Shown here piece by piece: positions 1 through 10,026 of a stretch of DNA of 64,000 bases. The notes beneath the pieces are model-generated. The model made no database searches and had not been told where the DNA came from. It was given only the letters and a program-made list of their open reading frames with translations. The stretch covers positions 316,500 to 380,499 of the forward strand of contig CAVQEO010000046.1 of assembly GCA_963711525.1 (NCBI GenBank), in the 5' to 3' direction. This stretch comes from an uncultured Acidobacteriaceae bacterium (GTDB lineage: Bacteria > Acidobacteriota > Terriglobia > Terriglobales > Acidobacteriaceae). The translations under genes were made by a program, and so were the position numbers. Position 1 is the first letter of the stretch. The number at the start of each line of letters is the position of its first letter.

Positions 1-98
1 CTCCTATGTACTAGACTAGCAGTGGTCGCACCGGAGAGCGAGCCGCGGTTACTGGCGTCCTTGGCTCCCCGGCACTTCGATCAAACGGTCTAATCTGC

Positions 99-1097
99 AT
101 GTCTCTACTCGCCCGCTCGCGCCCTCGCTCTGCATTCGTGATTGCTCTTTTAACGCTGTTGGCGCCCGGCCCTATCTTTGCCGTGTCTTGCACCACCCAG
201 GCGCAGATGCCCGAGGCCGACCGCGCTGCCCTGATGCAAGCCGGGAAAACTCTCGCGGCCGGGGTCCAGAGCGGAAATGTGGCCGCGGTGCAGGCGTCGA
301 CCATTCCCAAGGTCAAAGCACAGTTTGATTCCATCGCAAGCACCATTGAGCAGACGGCCCCTCTGCTGGCCGGCGCCACTGTGACGATAGACGCACTGTA
401 CGGTCTGGACGCTTCCGAACTGAAGTCGTCGGTCGAGGACACACAGTTTTTCTGCGGAGTCCCCGGTTCTCCGCTGCATGTTGACTTCACCATTCCTCAG
501 CTTCCGCCAGGCCGATATGCACTGGTTCTGGTGCATGCGACGGGGGTAAGCAAGCCCCAGCAGATAGCCTTCCTGTTGCAGAAGAACGGAGATTGGCAAA
601 TGGCCGGCTTCTTTGTGAAACCGCTCCTGCTGGCTGGGCACGACAGCCTTTGGTACTGGACCCGGGCCCGCGCCTTTGACCAGAAAAACCAGAAATGGAA
701 CGCCTACTTTTATTACACGACTGCAGCCTACCTGGCGAGTCCGGCCGATTTCCTGACCAGCACCAACCTGGAAAAATTGAATCAAGAGACGGTCAACTCC
801 CGGCCCGACGGTCTGCCCGGGGCGCAGCCCATGACCGTAACCGAGGACGGTAAGACCTACTCCATCAGCGACCTGCACACCGATGGCTCGCTGGGCGGCC
901 TGGACCTGGTGATCCACTATGCGGGCACGGATGTGAGCGATCCGGTGGCCACCCGGGCCCGCAACCTGGAGGTCATGAAGGCTACGCTTGCTGCGCATCC
1001 CGAACTGCGGGAGGGATTCCACGGTTTGTGGGTCTTCGCCGAAGCGCCGCCTCAACGGCCCTTTGGTAATGAGCTGGCGATGGGCGACATTCATTAA
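99..1097 (+). CDS. hypothetical exported protein, probable lipoprotein
   Basis: 332-aa ORF with an N-terminal signal peptide ending in a lipobox-like FAVS|C. No family recognised by eye. Confidence 0.55.
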   Translation: MSLLARSRPRSAFVIALLTLLAPGPIFAVSCTTQAQMPEADRAALMQAGKTLAAGVQSGNVAAVQASTIPKVKAQFDSIASTIEQTAPLLAGATVTIDALYGLDASELKSSVEDTQFFCGVPGSPLHVDFTIPQLPPGRYALVLVHATGVSKPQQIAFLLQKNGDWQMAGFFVKPLLLAGHDSLWYWTRARAFDQKNQKWNAYFYYTTAAYLASPADFLTSTNLEKLNQETVNSRPDGLPGAQPMTVTEDGKTYSISDLHTDGSLGGLDLVIHYAGTDVSDPVATRARNLEVMKATLAAHPELREGFHGLWVFAEAPPQRPFGNELAMGDIH

Positions 1098-1141
1098 GAC
1101 GGGTTTGCTTCCTGGTGAAGAAACACGTGTAGGATGGGCGA

Positions 1142-1238
1142 GCCGAATTTCCTGTCGAAGGTTGGTGGCGTTTGAGAGCTTCATGCGCCTTTCCTTACGG
1201 AACGGCTCTGTCCGGCGCAGCGAAGCAGGAAATTCGGC
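1142..1238. repeat. extragenic hairpin with perfect 13-bp inverted-repeat arms
   Basis: GCCGAATTTCCTG (1142-1154) and its exact reverse complement CAGGAAATTCGGC (1226-1238) flank a 71-bp spacer in the gap between two + strand genes. Confidence 0.5.
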
Positions 1239-1306
1239 TGACCGCATTTCTGCTGTACTTTCCGAAAAGAACATGAAATGCATGGTTAACGAGGATACGT
1301 TGTTGT

Positions 1307-1963
1307 ATGGCAGATGAGATGGAGAAGACGTTGTCACGGGCGATTGCGGAGAGAAGGGCATCGCCCAGCTTTGATGGGAGCCCCATCCCGGATGCTGACC
1401 TGAAGGGGATTCTGCAGGCCGGGTTGCAGTCGCCCAGTGGGTACAACCTGCAACCGTGGCGCTTTATCGTGGTGCGCAGTCCCGATCAAAAGAAGAAGCT
1501 GCGCGCGGCCAGCTACAACCAGGCCAAGGTCGAGGAGGCCTCGGTGATGATTGTGGCTTGCGGCGATGCAGATGGGTGGCGCAGTGGAGATTTGGACGAG
1601 ATGCTGCGCCTGGGCCGCCAGGGCGGCATGCCGGAAAATTACGCCGAGCAGGCCAAGGTCACCATTCCCAACTACCTGTCTAACCACCCCAATATGGCCC
1701 TGTGGCTGAATCGGCAGGTGATGCTGGCCTTTACCCACATGTTGCTGATGGCAGAGGTTTTGGGCTACGACACAGCGCCCATGGAGGGGTTTGAAGAAGA
1801 CAAGGTGCGTGAGGTGCTCAAGCTGCCCCTCAGCTACTCCGTGGTGGCGCTGCTGGGCATCGGGCACTTGAAGGGACCGGACAAGTTTTACGGCGAACGC
1901 TTCAATATGGCGCGCACCGTTTTTGCCGAAGAGTATGGCAAACCAATCAGGTTTTCAGAGTAG
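1307..1963 (+). CDS. nitroreductase family protein
   Basis: 218-aa ORF. SPSGYNLQPWRFIVV and the overall layout are typical of the NADH/FMN nitroreductase fold. Confidence 0.8.
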   Translation: MADEMEKTLSRAIAERRASPSFDGSPIPDADLKGILQAGLQSPSGYNLQPWRFIVVRSPDQKKKLRAASYNQAKVEEASVMIVACGDADGWRSGDLDEMLRLGRQGGMPENYAEQAKVTIPNYLSNHPNMALWLNRQVMLAFTHMLLMAEVLGYDTAPMEGFEEDKVREVLKLPLSYSVVALLGIGHLKGPDKFYGERFNMARTVFAEEYGKPIRFSE

Positions 1964-2049
1964 AATTAACCCGGCTGTAACAGACTTCTTTCCCCTCGTA
2001 AATTAAGGACGGGTTTTCCACCGCAAACGCCGTTTGCAGGAGCAGTTCT

Positions 2050-2526
2050 TTGCGTCGAGAGTACCCAGACGCGCCGATCATAGGTGTGGGCGCCGTGGTG
2101 ATCGACGATGGCAAGGTTCTGCTGGTTCGTCGCGGCCAGGAGCCGCTCAAGGGGGAGTGGTCACTCCCCGGAGGAGCCCTGGAGTTGGGGGAGACTTTGC
2201 GGGAGGGGATGGTTCGGGAAGTGCTTGAGGAGACCGGACTGAACGTAGTGCCGGTCGCGATTGTCGAAGTCCTCGACCGGATTACCCTGGGCGAGCCCTC
2301 GGGGCGCGTTCGTTACCACTACGTGCTGGTCGACTTTCTCTGCCATGTGGCTGGAGGCACGCTGCTCGGCGGCAGCGACGCGGAAGAGGCGCGCTGGGTG
2401 GCGCAAGAGGATGTGCATGAACAGGGCGAATATCGACTGGCGCCGGTAACGGTGCGGGTTATTCAGAAGGCCTTTCGGCTGGGCCAGGCAAGCGATCTGT
2501 CCGCTGAGAAGGAAAGCGAAGCATGA
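2050..2526 (+). CDS. NUDIX hydrolase
   Basis: Nudix box GGALELGETLREGMVREVLEETGL (GX5EX7REUXEEXGU). The TTG start is uncertain. Confidence 0.85.
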   Translation: MRREYPDAPIIGVGAVVIDDGKVLLVRRGQEPLKGEWSLPGGALELGETLREGMVREVLEETGLNVVPVAIVEVLDRITLGEPSGRVRYHYVLVDFLCHVAGGTLLGGSDAEEARWVAQEDVHEQGEYRLAPVTVRVIQKAFRLGQASDLSAEKESEA

Positions 2527-3512
2527 GTATCGATCGGAAAGCATCCGTCCGTAGGATGACGTTTGTTCTGCTGCTGCTGGGGTTAGGTTTTGGCATCCTG
2601 GCGTGGCGAAATCCGCTGTGGCTGGTGGATCAGCAGGTCGACGCGAGATTGCGGTTGCAGGGTGTGCATAGCGAGTTTGTCACCGTCGATGGCTACAAAA
2701 TGCATTACCTGGTGGGTGGGACCGGCCGGCCCCTGGTGCTGGTGCACGGGCTGGGCAGCCGAGGCCTGGACTGGGCCAACCTGATACCGCTGCTCATGGC
2801 GGGTGGCCACCGCGTATATGCCGTGGATTTGTTGGGATATGGACGTTCCGCGCAGCCCAGGGATGCCGGCTACTCCATCTCAGAGCAGGCAGTCATGGTG
2901 CAGGGCTTTCTCGATAGCCAGCACCTGCAACAAGTGGATCTGGCGGGTTGGTCAATGGGCGGATGGATCGCGATGCGGGTTGCGTTACAACAGCCGGAGC
3001 GCATCCGGCGGTTGGTGCTGCTGGATAGCGCCGGCCTGCGCTTCAAGCTGGGCTTTGATCCCGCGCTGTTTCAGCCGGCATCGCCTACGGACCTGGCGGC
3101 GCTGGAGGAGTTGCTGGTGCCCCATCCGCGGCCGCTGCCAGGCTTTCTAGCCATGGCGATGCTGCGCCGGAGCGACCACATCGGGTGGGTGGTTCACCGC
3201 AGCGTGCAATCCATGATGACCGGAGAGGACCTGGTGGATGGAAAACTGGGGGCTTTGACCATGCCGGTGCTGATTGGTTGGGGCGAGCAGGACAACTTGA
3301 TCCCGCTCTCGGTCGGCTATCGGCTCCACGCCGAGATTCTGCAGTCGGAGTTGGATGTATATGCCAACTGCGGCCACCTGGCTCCAGGGCAGTGTGCCGG
3401 CCAGGTAGGGCCGAGTGTGGTGGATTTTCTAAATGCCCAGCCGGCGCGGATGGCGATCGTTCGGCACATCCCGGGCACGTCTACCAATGGCAGCGCATTT
3501 CCTGGTCAGTGA
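2523..3512 (+). CDS. alpha/beta-fold hydrolase, membrane anchored
   Basis: N-terminal TM helix, LVLVHGLGS oxyanion region and GWSMGG nucleophile elbow. The ATGA start overlaps the Nudix stop. Confidence 0.85.
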   Translation: MSIDRKASVRRMTFVLLLLGLGFGILAWRNPLWLVDQQVDARLRLQGVHSEFVTVDGYKMHYLVGGTGRPLVLVHGLGSRGLDWANLIPLLMAGGHRVYAVDLLGYGRSAQPRDAGYSISEQAVMVQGFLDSQHLQQVDLAGWSMGGWIAMRVALQQPERIRRLVLLDSAGLRFKLGFDPALFQPASPTDLAALEELLVPHPRPLPGFLAMAMLRRSDHIGWVVHRSVQSMMTGEDLVDGKLGALTMPVLIGWGEQDNLIPLSVGYRLHAEILQSELDVYANCGHLAPGQCAGQVGPSVVDFLNAQPARMAIVRHIPGTSTNGSAFPGQ

Positions 3513-4099
3513 TCACCTTTCCAGATATAGGCATCTGGCTGCGGCAATCCAATGTGCGCCAGCACCCGGCAGACGAATTGCTCAGCCATTTCCGCCGAAT
3601 CCGTGGGCCGGTGGTAAAAAGCGGGGATCACGGGAAAAATGACTGCGCCTGCGTCGGCGGCCAAGCTCATGTTGCGCAGGTGGATCTTGTTGAAGGGCGT
3701 CTCGCGAACACAAAGAAGAAGCGGGCGGCGCTCCTTCAGGCTTACGTCGGCCGCGCGTTCAATCAGGTTCGATGCTAGTCCGTTAGCGATTCCCGCCAGG
3801 GTGCCCATGCTGCAGGGCAGGATGATCATGCCGTCTGAGGGATAACTGCCGCTGGCGGGCCCGGCGCCGATATCGTTCTCCGCCAGTTGCTGTATCTTCG
3901 CGGAAGGTTTACCCAGCAGTTTTGCCACGAGTTCACTGCGGCCGCTAAGCTCGAGTTCCTCGGCCATCACGCGAAGTGAGTTTTCGGATGCGATGAAGTT
4001 GACGTGGGCGATACGCTCATCACGCTCCAGCGCACGCAGCAGATATTGACCGAAGATCGACCCGCTGGCTCCGGTGAGGGCGACGGTCAGGTTTTTCAC
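3506..4099 (-). CDS. ubiX: flavin prenyltransferase UbiX
   Basis: 197 aa with the N-terminal LTGASGSIFG flavoprotein motif and UbiX/Pad1-like sequence throughout. The GTG start overlaps the purB stop (GTGA). Confidence 0.85.
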   Translation of the reverse strand: MKNLTVALTGASGSIFGQYLLRALERDERIAHVNFIASENSLRVMAEELELSGRSELVAKLLGKPSAKIQQLAENDIGAGPASGSYPSDGMIILPCSMGTLAGIANGLASNLIERAADVSLKERRPLLLCVRETPFNKIHLRNMSLAADAGAVIFPVIPAFYHRPTDSAEMAEQFVCRVLAHIGLPQPDAYIWKGDH

Positions 4100-5382
4100 A
4101 CCAGAACCCGATCGAAGATCGCATCTACATTGGATAACTGACGCTTCAGATCAAAGGTCTTCTCCAAGTGAGGAAGCCGGCTGCTGATGGCGGGATCGCG
4201 CGCCACCAGGTCGCGAAAGACGAGGTCCTGTTTCCAGGCATTCATAGCGTGATTCTGCACCAGCCGGTACGCTTCTTCCCGAGACATACCGGCCTCGGTC
4301 AGATCAAGCAGAAGCTGGCCGGAGAAGATGAGGCCGCCCGTGCTCTCGAGGTTCTTGAGCATGCGCTGGGGATAGACCAGCAGCTTCTCGATCAGCGAAG
4401 TGGTCTTGGCCAGCAGGTAGTCGGCCAGAATGGTCGAGTCGGGAAAGATGATGCGCTCCACGGATGAATGGGAGATGTCCCGCTCATGCCATAAGGCCAC
4501 ATTTTCGAGAGCGGCCTGGGCATTGGAGCGCATCACGCGCGCCAGCCCGCTGATCTGCTCTGAGGTGATGGGGTTCCGCTTGTGCGGCATGGCGGACGAG
4601 CCCTTCTGCTTTTCGGAGAAGAATTCCTCTGCCTCGCGGACTTCAGTCCGTTGCAGATGGCGAATCTCGAGCGCAATCTTGTCCAGGGTCGAAGCCAACA
4701 CTGCCAGTGTGGCGATGTACGCGGCGTGGCGGTCGCGTTGGATCACCTGGGTAGCTACCGGTGCGGGGCGCAGTCCTAGCTTGGCGCAGATGGCCTCTTC
4801 GTGCTCCGGCTTGAGATGGCCGAAGGTGCCGACAGCGCCGGAAAGCTTGCCTACCCGCATGTCCTCAGCGCTGGCCTCGAAGCGGGCGAGGTCACGCATG
4901 ATTTCGGCATACCAGTTGAGCAGCTTGAGGCCGAAGGTGGTGGGCTCGGCATGGACGCCGTGGGTGCGCCCGATGGTGGGTGTGTGCTTGAACTCCAGGG
5001 CGCGCAGCCGGAGAGCTGCGGCGAGCTCGAGTATGCCTTGGCGAATGAGTCCTGAGGCGGCCTTGATTTGCAGCGCCTGGGCGGTGTCGACTACGTCATT
5101 CGAAGTGAGTCCGTAGTGCAGCCAGCGGGATTCCGGACCGATCTTTTCCGCCATCGCGGTAGTGAAGGCGATGACGTCGTGCTTCACCTCGGCCTCGATC
5201 TCCTGAATGCGTTCGACGTCGACATCTCCGTAGGCGCGGATGGCCCGAGCGGCGGAATGGGGCACGATGCCGGCCTCGGCCAGCGCCTCAGAGGCGGTGG
5301 CTTCGACCTCGAGCCACATGCGGTATTTGTTTTCCTCACTCCAGATCCGGCCCATGGCCGGGCGGGTGTAACGAGTGATCAA
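4096..5382 (-). CDS. purB: adenylosuccinate lyase
   Basis: 428 aa with the fumarate-lyase superfamily signature GSSAMPHKRNP and PurB-like N and C termini. Confidence 0.95.
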   Translation of the reverse strand: MITRYTRPAMGRIWSEENKYRMWLEVEATASEALAEAGIVPHSAARAIRAYGDVDVERIQEIEAEVKHDVIAFTTAMAEKIGPESRWLHYGLTSNDVVDTAQALQIKAASGLIRQGILELAAALRLRALEFKHTPTIGRTHGVHAEPTTFGLKLLNWYAEIMRDLARFEASAEDMRVGKLSGAVGTFGHLKPEHEEAICAKLGLRPAPVATQVIQRDRHAAYIATLAVLASTLDKIALEIRHLQRTEVREAEEFFSEKQKGSSAMPHKRNPITSEQISGLARVMRSNAQAALENVALWHERDISHSSVERIIFPDSTILADYLLAKTTSLIEKLLVYPQRMLKNLESTGGLIFSGQLLLDLTEAGMSREEAYRLVQNHAMNAWKQDLVFRDLVARDPAISSRLPHLEKTFDLKRQLSNVDAIFDRVLV

Positions 5383-5451
5383 CCCACGCCTCCTGTAGCA
5401 AACGTACTATTCTATCGTTGCTGCATCTCACCACTAGGGAGAACACGATTT

Positions 5452-5697
5452 ATGGATGAAGAACCAGAACTGGTCACAATTGAACGCTATCGCGATGCTT
5501 TGGAGGCAGACCTAGCCAGGACTCGCCTGGATTCCGCAGGTATTACCTGTTTTCTGGTAGGAGAGAATGCTGCCATGCTTTACGGAACCGGGCTGGGGGG
5601 ACTGCAACTACAGGTGAGCCCTAAAGACGAAGTGGATGCCCGCAGCATCCTGAATGATCCTGGGCCGCCGGACGGCGAGGTTGCATCGGTCTCGTAA
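5452..5697 (+). CDS. small DUF2007-like (putative signal-transducing) protein
   Basis: In-frame ATG at 5452 inside ORF 5068..5697. The 81-aa product (IERYRDALEADLARTRLDSAGITCFLVGEN) resembles DUF2007 domain proteins. Confidence 0.5.
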   Translation: MDEEPELVTIERYRDALEADLARTRLDSAGITCFLVGENAAMLYGTGLGGLQLQVSPKDEVDARSILNDPGPPDGEVASVS

Positions 5698-5718
5698 GGG
5701 GTAGGTAGTCAGAAACTC

Positions 5719-5796
5719 AGTCCCTACGGGACTTGTCATCTCTGACACTTAACCCAGGACTGCGTCCTGGGCTACTTTCAGCCGTCCCTTCGGGAC
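5719..5796. repeat. cluster of three short GC hairpins (REP-like)
   Basis: AGTCCC-tac-GGGACT (5719-5733), CCCAGGAC-tgc-GTCCTGGG (5753-5771) and GTCCC-ttc-GGGAC (5784-5796). Confidence 0.6.
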
Positions 5797-6116
5797 TTAA
5801 TGCCGAATTGGAGGTTCTTAGGCGAACCTGCTAGCGGGGGCGCAGCCAAGTTTGTGGGGCAGCGGCCCCCAACTCCAAATAACTCGCCCATTTCTTCGTG
5901 CAGGAAGCCTTGGCCGGGACGATAGGGCTGAACCCATTTGCCGTCGATTACGAATTGCGGGATGGCCCGCTTGCCCACCTGCCGAATAAGCTCTTCTGCG
6001 GCCCCCGGGGTGGACTCGATATCGATTTCGCTGTAGGAGATCTGGTGTTTGTCGAGAAATCGTTTGGCCTCGCGGCAGTCGCGGCACCACGTAGCGGAAT
6101 ACACCAGCACATGCAT
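5778..6116 (-). CDS. glutaredoxin-like protein (NrdH/YruB-like)
   Basis: 112 aa with a WCRDC CxxC motif near the N terminus and a thioredoxin-fold pattern. The last roughly 30 aa run into the hairpin repeat. Confidence 0.75.
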   Translation of the reverse strand: MHVLVYSATWCRDCREAKRFLDKHQISYSEIDIESTPGAAEELIRQVGKRAIPQFVIDGKWVQPYRPGQGFLHEEMGELFGVGGRCPTNLAAPPLAGSPKNLQFGIKSRRDG

Positions 6117-6157
6117 TCCTCAATCATACCTTGGACGGAAACTACGCTTCAGTAACG

Positions 6158-6607
6158 TTACGTCCGACGCTGGCGGAAGAATTCGCGCAGCAGCTCTCCG
6201 CTCGCGTCCGCCAACTCGCCGCTGGTTACCAGCATTTGATGGTTGAGTTTGGGGTGATTCAGGACCTCGAGCACCGAACTGACGGCGCCTGCCTTAGGAT
6301 CGGGGGCGGCATAGATGAGACGGCTGAGCCTGGCATGGATCATCGCCCCGGCGCACATGGCGCAGGGTTCCAGAGTGACAAAAAGCTCGCAGCTGCCCAG
6401 GCGATAGTTACCCAAGGTCCGTGCGGCCTCTCGCATGGCGACAATCTCTGCATGCGCCGTCGGATCGAGGTCGCGCAGAACGCGGTTCTGTCCCCGGCCG
6501 ACCACAACGCCACTTTCGACCACAACTGCGCCCACTGGGACCTCGCCCGCGACGCCCCCGGCGCGTGCTTCATCCAGGGCCAGCGTGAGTGCTTCCGCGT
6601 CTGTCAT
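6158..6607 (-). CDS. tadA: tRNA adenosine(34) deaminase
   Basis: 149 aa with the CDA zinc motifs HAEIVAMREA and PCAMCAGA. Confidence 0.9.
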   Translation of the reverse strand: MTDAEALTLALDEARAGGVAGEVPVGAVVVESGVVVGRGQNRVLRDLDPTAHAEIVAMREAARTLGNYRLGSCELFVTLEPCAMCAGAMIHARLSRLIYAAPDPKAGAVSSVLEVLNHPKLNHQMLVTSGELADASGELLREFFRQRRT

Positions 6608-6613
6608 CTGCTA

Positions 6614-7687
6614 TTAGCCCGCCGGCTGCTGCTGAGTCATGCAGTGCAGCGTCCCCAAACCCCAAACCAGATCGCCGCAGTGAATCCCAACTATCCGGCG
6701 GCCGGGAAAGAGGTCAGCCAGCAGATTGAGCGCCTTGCGGTCGTTGGCATCATTGAACGTGGGCACCAGCACCAGCCCGTTCGCGATATAGAAGTTGGCA
6801 TAGCTTGCGGGTAGCCGCTGGCCTTCAAAGACGACCGGGGAGGGCATAGGCAACTCGACGATGGTGAATGGCCGGCCCTCAGGGTCGCGGGCCGCGCGCA
6901 GCCGCTCCAGGTTCTCCGCCAAGGGCAGGTGATTCTCGTCGGCGGAATTTGGCTCCGTGACGGTGACGATGGTAGCGGGACTCACAAAACGAGTGATGTC
7001 GTCCACGTGGCCGTGCGTATCGTCCCCGGCGATACCGCGATCCATCCACAGCACCTGGTCGATGCCGAGATAGTCGTGGAAGATGCGCTCCAGATCCTCA
7101 CGGCTCAGGCCCGGATTGCGCTGCTGCACCGGGCTCAGCAGGCACTCTTCGGTTGTGATCAGAGTGCCGCGGCCGTTTACATCGATGCTGCCGCCTTCCA
7201 GAACCACGCGGTGGCCGAGGGGAAACACGGGCGTCCAATTGGGCAGGCCAAGCAGTTCGGCCGCCTTCAGGGGGAGCCGGTCATCCAGCTGCCAGTCGGG
7301 ATACTTCGCCCAGGCATTGAAGTGCCAATTGGTGATGGCGACGGGCGCCTCGGGAGCAGATTTAGTGATAAAAATCGGGCCGGAATCGCGCAGCCATACC
7401 CGGTTGGTGGGCCATTGATGAAAGTGCACGCGATCGAGGTGTGCGCCCACCCGCTCGAGCATGCCGCGCGCACGCTGCTCAGCAGCAGCATTCTCCACCA
7501 GAAGGTGCACGTCTTCTACCTGGGAGAGATGGCGGATAATGTCGCAGTAGACCCAGGGAATGGGGTGAAACCTGCCTGGCCAGTCAGCCGCGTTGTGGGG
7601 CCATGCCAGCCAGGTTGCGGCATGGGTCTCCCACTCTGCCGGCATACGATAGCCCTGGCTGCGCGGGGTTTCGGATTCAGCGGCCAT
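6614..7687 (-). CDS. aguA: agmatine deiminase
   Basis: GYRMPAEWETH N-terminal motif and C-terminal catalytic GTLHCMTQQQP. Start chosen at ATG 7687 (MAAESE), which overlaps the aguB 3' end by 11 nt. Confidence 0.9.
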   Translation of the reverse strand: MAAESETPRSQGYRMPAEWETHAATWLAWPHNAADWPGRFHPIPWVYCDIIRHLSQVEDVHLLVENAAAEQRARGMLERVGAHLDRVHFHQWPTNRVWLRDSGPIFITKSAPEAPVAITNWHFNAWAKYPDWQLDDRLPLKAAELLGLPNWTPVFPLGHRVVLEGGSIDVNGRGTLITTEECLLSPVQQRNPGLSREDLERIFHDYLGIDQVLWMDRGIAGDDTHGHVDDITRFVSPATIVTVTEPNSADENHLPLAENLERLRAARDPEGRPFTIVELPMPSPVVFEGQRLPASYANFYIANGLVLVPTFNDANDRKALNLLADLFPGRRIVGIHCGDLVWGLGTLHCMTQQQPAG

Positions 7688-8616
7688 TGGGAGTTTTGGC
7701 CGGCTCGTCGAGAAAGCGAGCCGTAATCGGCGGATAGAAATCAATGCGCCGGTCACGCAGAAAGGGCCAGTTGCGCCGCGTGTCTTCGAGGTGCTTCAGA
7801 TCGACTTCCTCAATGAGGATGGCTTCGCTGTCATGCGGCGCCTGGGCCAGCACCCGGCCAAAGGGGTCGGCAATAAACGACCCACCCCAGAACTCGAGCC
7901 CCGGGCCAGGGGCGCGGTTGCCGCGGATGTCTCCCTGTTCGTGGCCCACGCGGTTGACGGCAGCGACGTAAACGCCGTTGGCGATGGCATGCGATGCGCT
8001 GGATGGTCTGCCACGCCTCATACTGCGCCACACCGAAGGCTTCCTTTTCCGCCGGATGCCAGCCGATGGCCGTGGGATAAAACAGCAGGTTGGCTCCGCG
8101 CAGGGCGGTGATGCGGGCAGCCTCCGGGTACCACTGGTCCCAACAGATGAGCGCGCCCACCTGGCCCACCGACGTATCGAAGGACTTGAAACCCAGGTCG
8201 CCGGGCGTGAAATAAAACTTCTCGTAGTACAAGGGATCGTCGGGGATGTGCATCTTGCGATAGATGCCGCCCAGCGAACCATCGCTCTCGAGCATGGCCA
8301 CCGTGTTGTGATAAAGCCCGGCAGCGCGGCGCTCGAAGAGGGAAGCGACGACCACTACTTTTTCCTCCCGCGCGACCGCAGAAAGCCGCTCCGTGGAAGG
8401 GCCGGGAATGGGCTCCGCCAGATCGAAGAGCTCGGCATCTTCGCGCTGGCAAAAATACTGAGCGCGGAAGAGCTCCGGGAGGCAGACGATGTTAGCGCCC
8501 CCGCGAGCAGCGTCACGAACCCGGTCGGCGGCTTTATCGAGATTCGCGTCAGGGTCGGGCGAGCACGACATCTGCACCGCACCCACGCGGTATTTTGTTT
8601 TGCTTGCCATGTTCAC
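7677..8616 (-). pseudogene. aguB: N-carbamoylputrescine amidase split by one frameshift near 7995
   Basis: ORF 7831..8616 carries the CN-hydrolase N-terminal and middle parts (catalytic CWDQWYPE) up to ...YEAWQTIQR. The expected continuation SHAIANGVYVAAVNRVGHE... to the C terminus is in another frame (ORF 7677..8282). The junction reads CAG CGC a TCG CAT GCC. Confidence 0.85.
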
Positions 8617-8618
8617 TT

Positions 8619-9164
8619 CTATTCAAAGATCAGGATTGCCGCGGCAATAACCGTCGTCCACAGGCCGCGCTTGTCGCCGATGGCGGATTGGGTAATGTTC
8701 GCGGTGCGCACGATCTTATTGGAGATGCGATACATCTCTTTTTTCTCGTCCCAGCTTTTATCCGGATCGAACTCCACGTTGAGCGTGGTGGCGAGCATCT
8801 CTGCCGCCAGCTCTTCGGCATACTCGCCGGCCTGATCTTCGGCCTCACCGAAACTGTGGTGCTCGCTCAGGTAACCGTAGGTGTTGCGATCTGTGGGAAT
8901 CGCGACCCCGATGCTGGAGACAACCAGGCGATGCGGTTCGCGGGTTGAATTCTCCGCCACCACGGCAAAAACGACCTCGCCGGGAGAAAGGTATTTCAGC
9001 CCTTCCTTCCGGGTTACGAGTTTGCACTGCGGCGGAAAAATAGAAGATACCCGAACCAGGTTCTGTGCCGCGATGCCGGCGTCGCGCAGAGCCAATTCGA
9101 ATGAGGTTAACCGCTCTTTGTGCTTCCCGACGCCCTTGGTCAAAAATAGACGCTTCGGGACCAT
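8619..9164 (-). CDS. pdaD: pyruvoyl-dependent arginine decarboxylase
   Basis: Start at ATG 9164 ([15 protein letters not shown]). PdaD-like sequence with the RVSS|IFPP self-cleavage region. It ends 2 nt before aguB. Confidence 0.85.
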   Translation of the reverse strand: MVPKRLFLTKGVGKHKERLTSFELALRDAGIAAQNLVRVSSIFPPQCKLVTRKEGLKYLSPGEVVFAVVAENSTREPHRLVVSSIGVAIPTDRNTYGYLSEHHSFGEAEDQAGEYAEELAAEMLATTLNVEFDPDKSWDEKKEMYRISNKIVRTANITQSAIGDKRGLWTTVIAAAILIFE

Positions 9165-9279
9165 GCTTTTGCCCAATGCTGAATCCTCCAAAAACGAACC
9201 TAACACAAACAGATGAATGGATGCGTAAGAGGCGGCCAGTGATTGAAAAAGATGCGCGTTGAGGCACAATAGCAGAGAG

Positions 9280-9993
9280 ATGGCTTACCCAATCAAGGTG
9301 GAATATGCGGAAAACCGCAATATGCGTCAGCGCAACACGAGGCGCTATCGCGTCGCCCACTTGCCGATCTGGATCTGGGTGTTTTTTCTTGCCCCCGGAC
9401 CACTCACCTTCGATCTGTTCGCCCACGGCGGCAGCCGAAGCAACCTGGCTTGGCTGTTCCTTGTGATCCTCGGAACCGCGGTTGCGGGCTACTTTGGCCA
9501 ACTTCCCGGCGTGGAGCCGCGGCCCTACATCCTTCGCTTTACCGAAGACAAGCCCAATCCGCTCTACCGCAAAATCTGCTACACCTTCGCATGGAACGCG
9601 GTCATCACCTTTACCCTGTTGAACCTGGCGGGGCTGGTGGTCGCGGCCGCGACGGGGAAATGGGTGATGAAGCAGCTCTACCTGGAAGCGTACTTCCCGC
9701 TCTGCGCAATCGTTCTGATCCTGGGGCTGGGTGGCCTACTGCCCAGAGTGGGGCGTTCCACCAAGGGCGAGGGGATTGAGCGGCGGTATTTCTACGGCGC
9801 GGTTTGGGCTGCGGTTATTTCGCAGACCATTCTGCTCCTGCTGTGGAAGACGTTGCCACGGTCGCCGGCTACCAACCAGATCAAGCTCGCGGCATTTGTG
9901 CTGAGCTTATGCGCGGTTGGTATAGCCGCCGCCCTTGGGATGCTGCCCCGAACCCGGCCCATCGTTCCCGGCCAATTGATGGTGGCTGATTAG
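9280..9993 (+). CDS. hypothetical polytopic membrane protein
   Basis: About six hydrophobic helices. The ATG at 9280 is preferred over the TTG at 9259. No family recognised. Confidence 0.55.
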   Translation: MAYPIKVEYAENRNMRQRNTRRYRVAHLPIWIWVFFLAPGPLTFDLFAHGGSRSNLAWLFLVILGTAVAGYFGQLPGVEPRPYILRFTEDKPNPLYRKICYTFAWNAVITFTLLNLAGLVVAAATGKWVMKQLYLEAYFPLCAIVLILGLGGLLPRVGRSTKGEGIERRYFYGAVWAAVISQTILLLLWKTLPRSPATNQIKLAAFVLSLCAVGIAAALGMLPRTRPIVPGQLMVAD

Positions 9994-10026
9994 TCTTACG
10001 GTCCCGTGGTTAGGACGTTTTCTTAC

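Noticed and set aside
7990-8000. Programmed ribosomal frameshifting in aguB, and likewise at the C6 run in the RraA-like gene (54754-54759).
   Set aside because: I saw no slippery heptamer with a downstream structure, and neither family is known to use recoding. A mutation or base-calling error is more likely.
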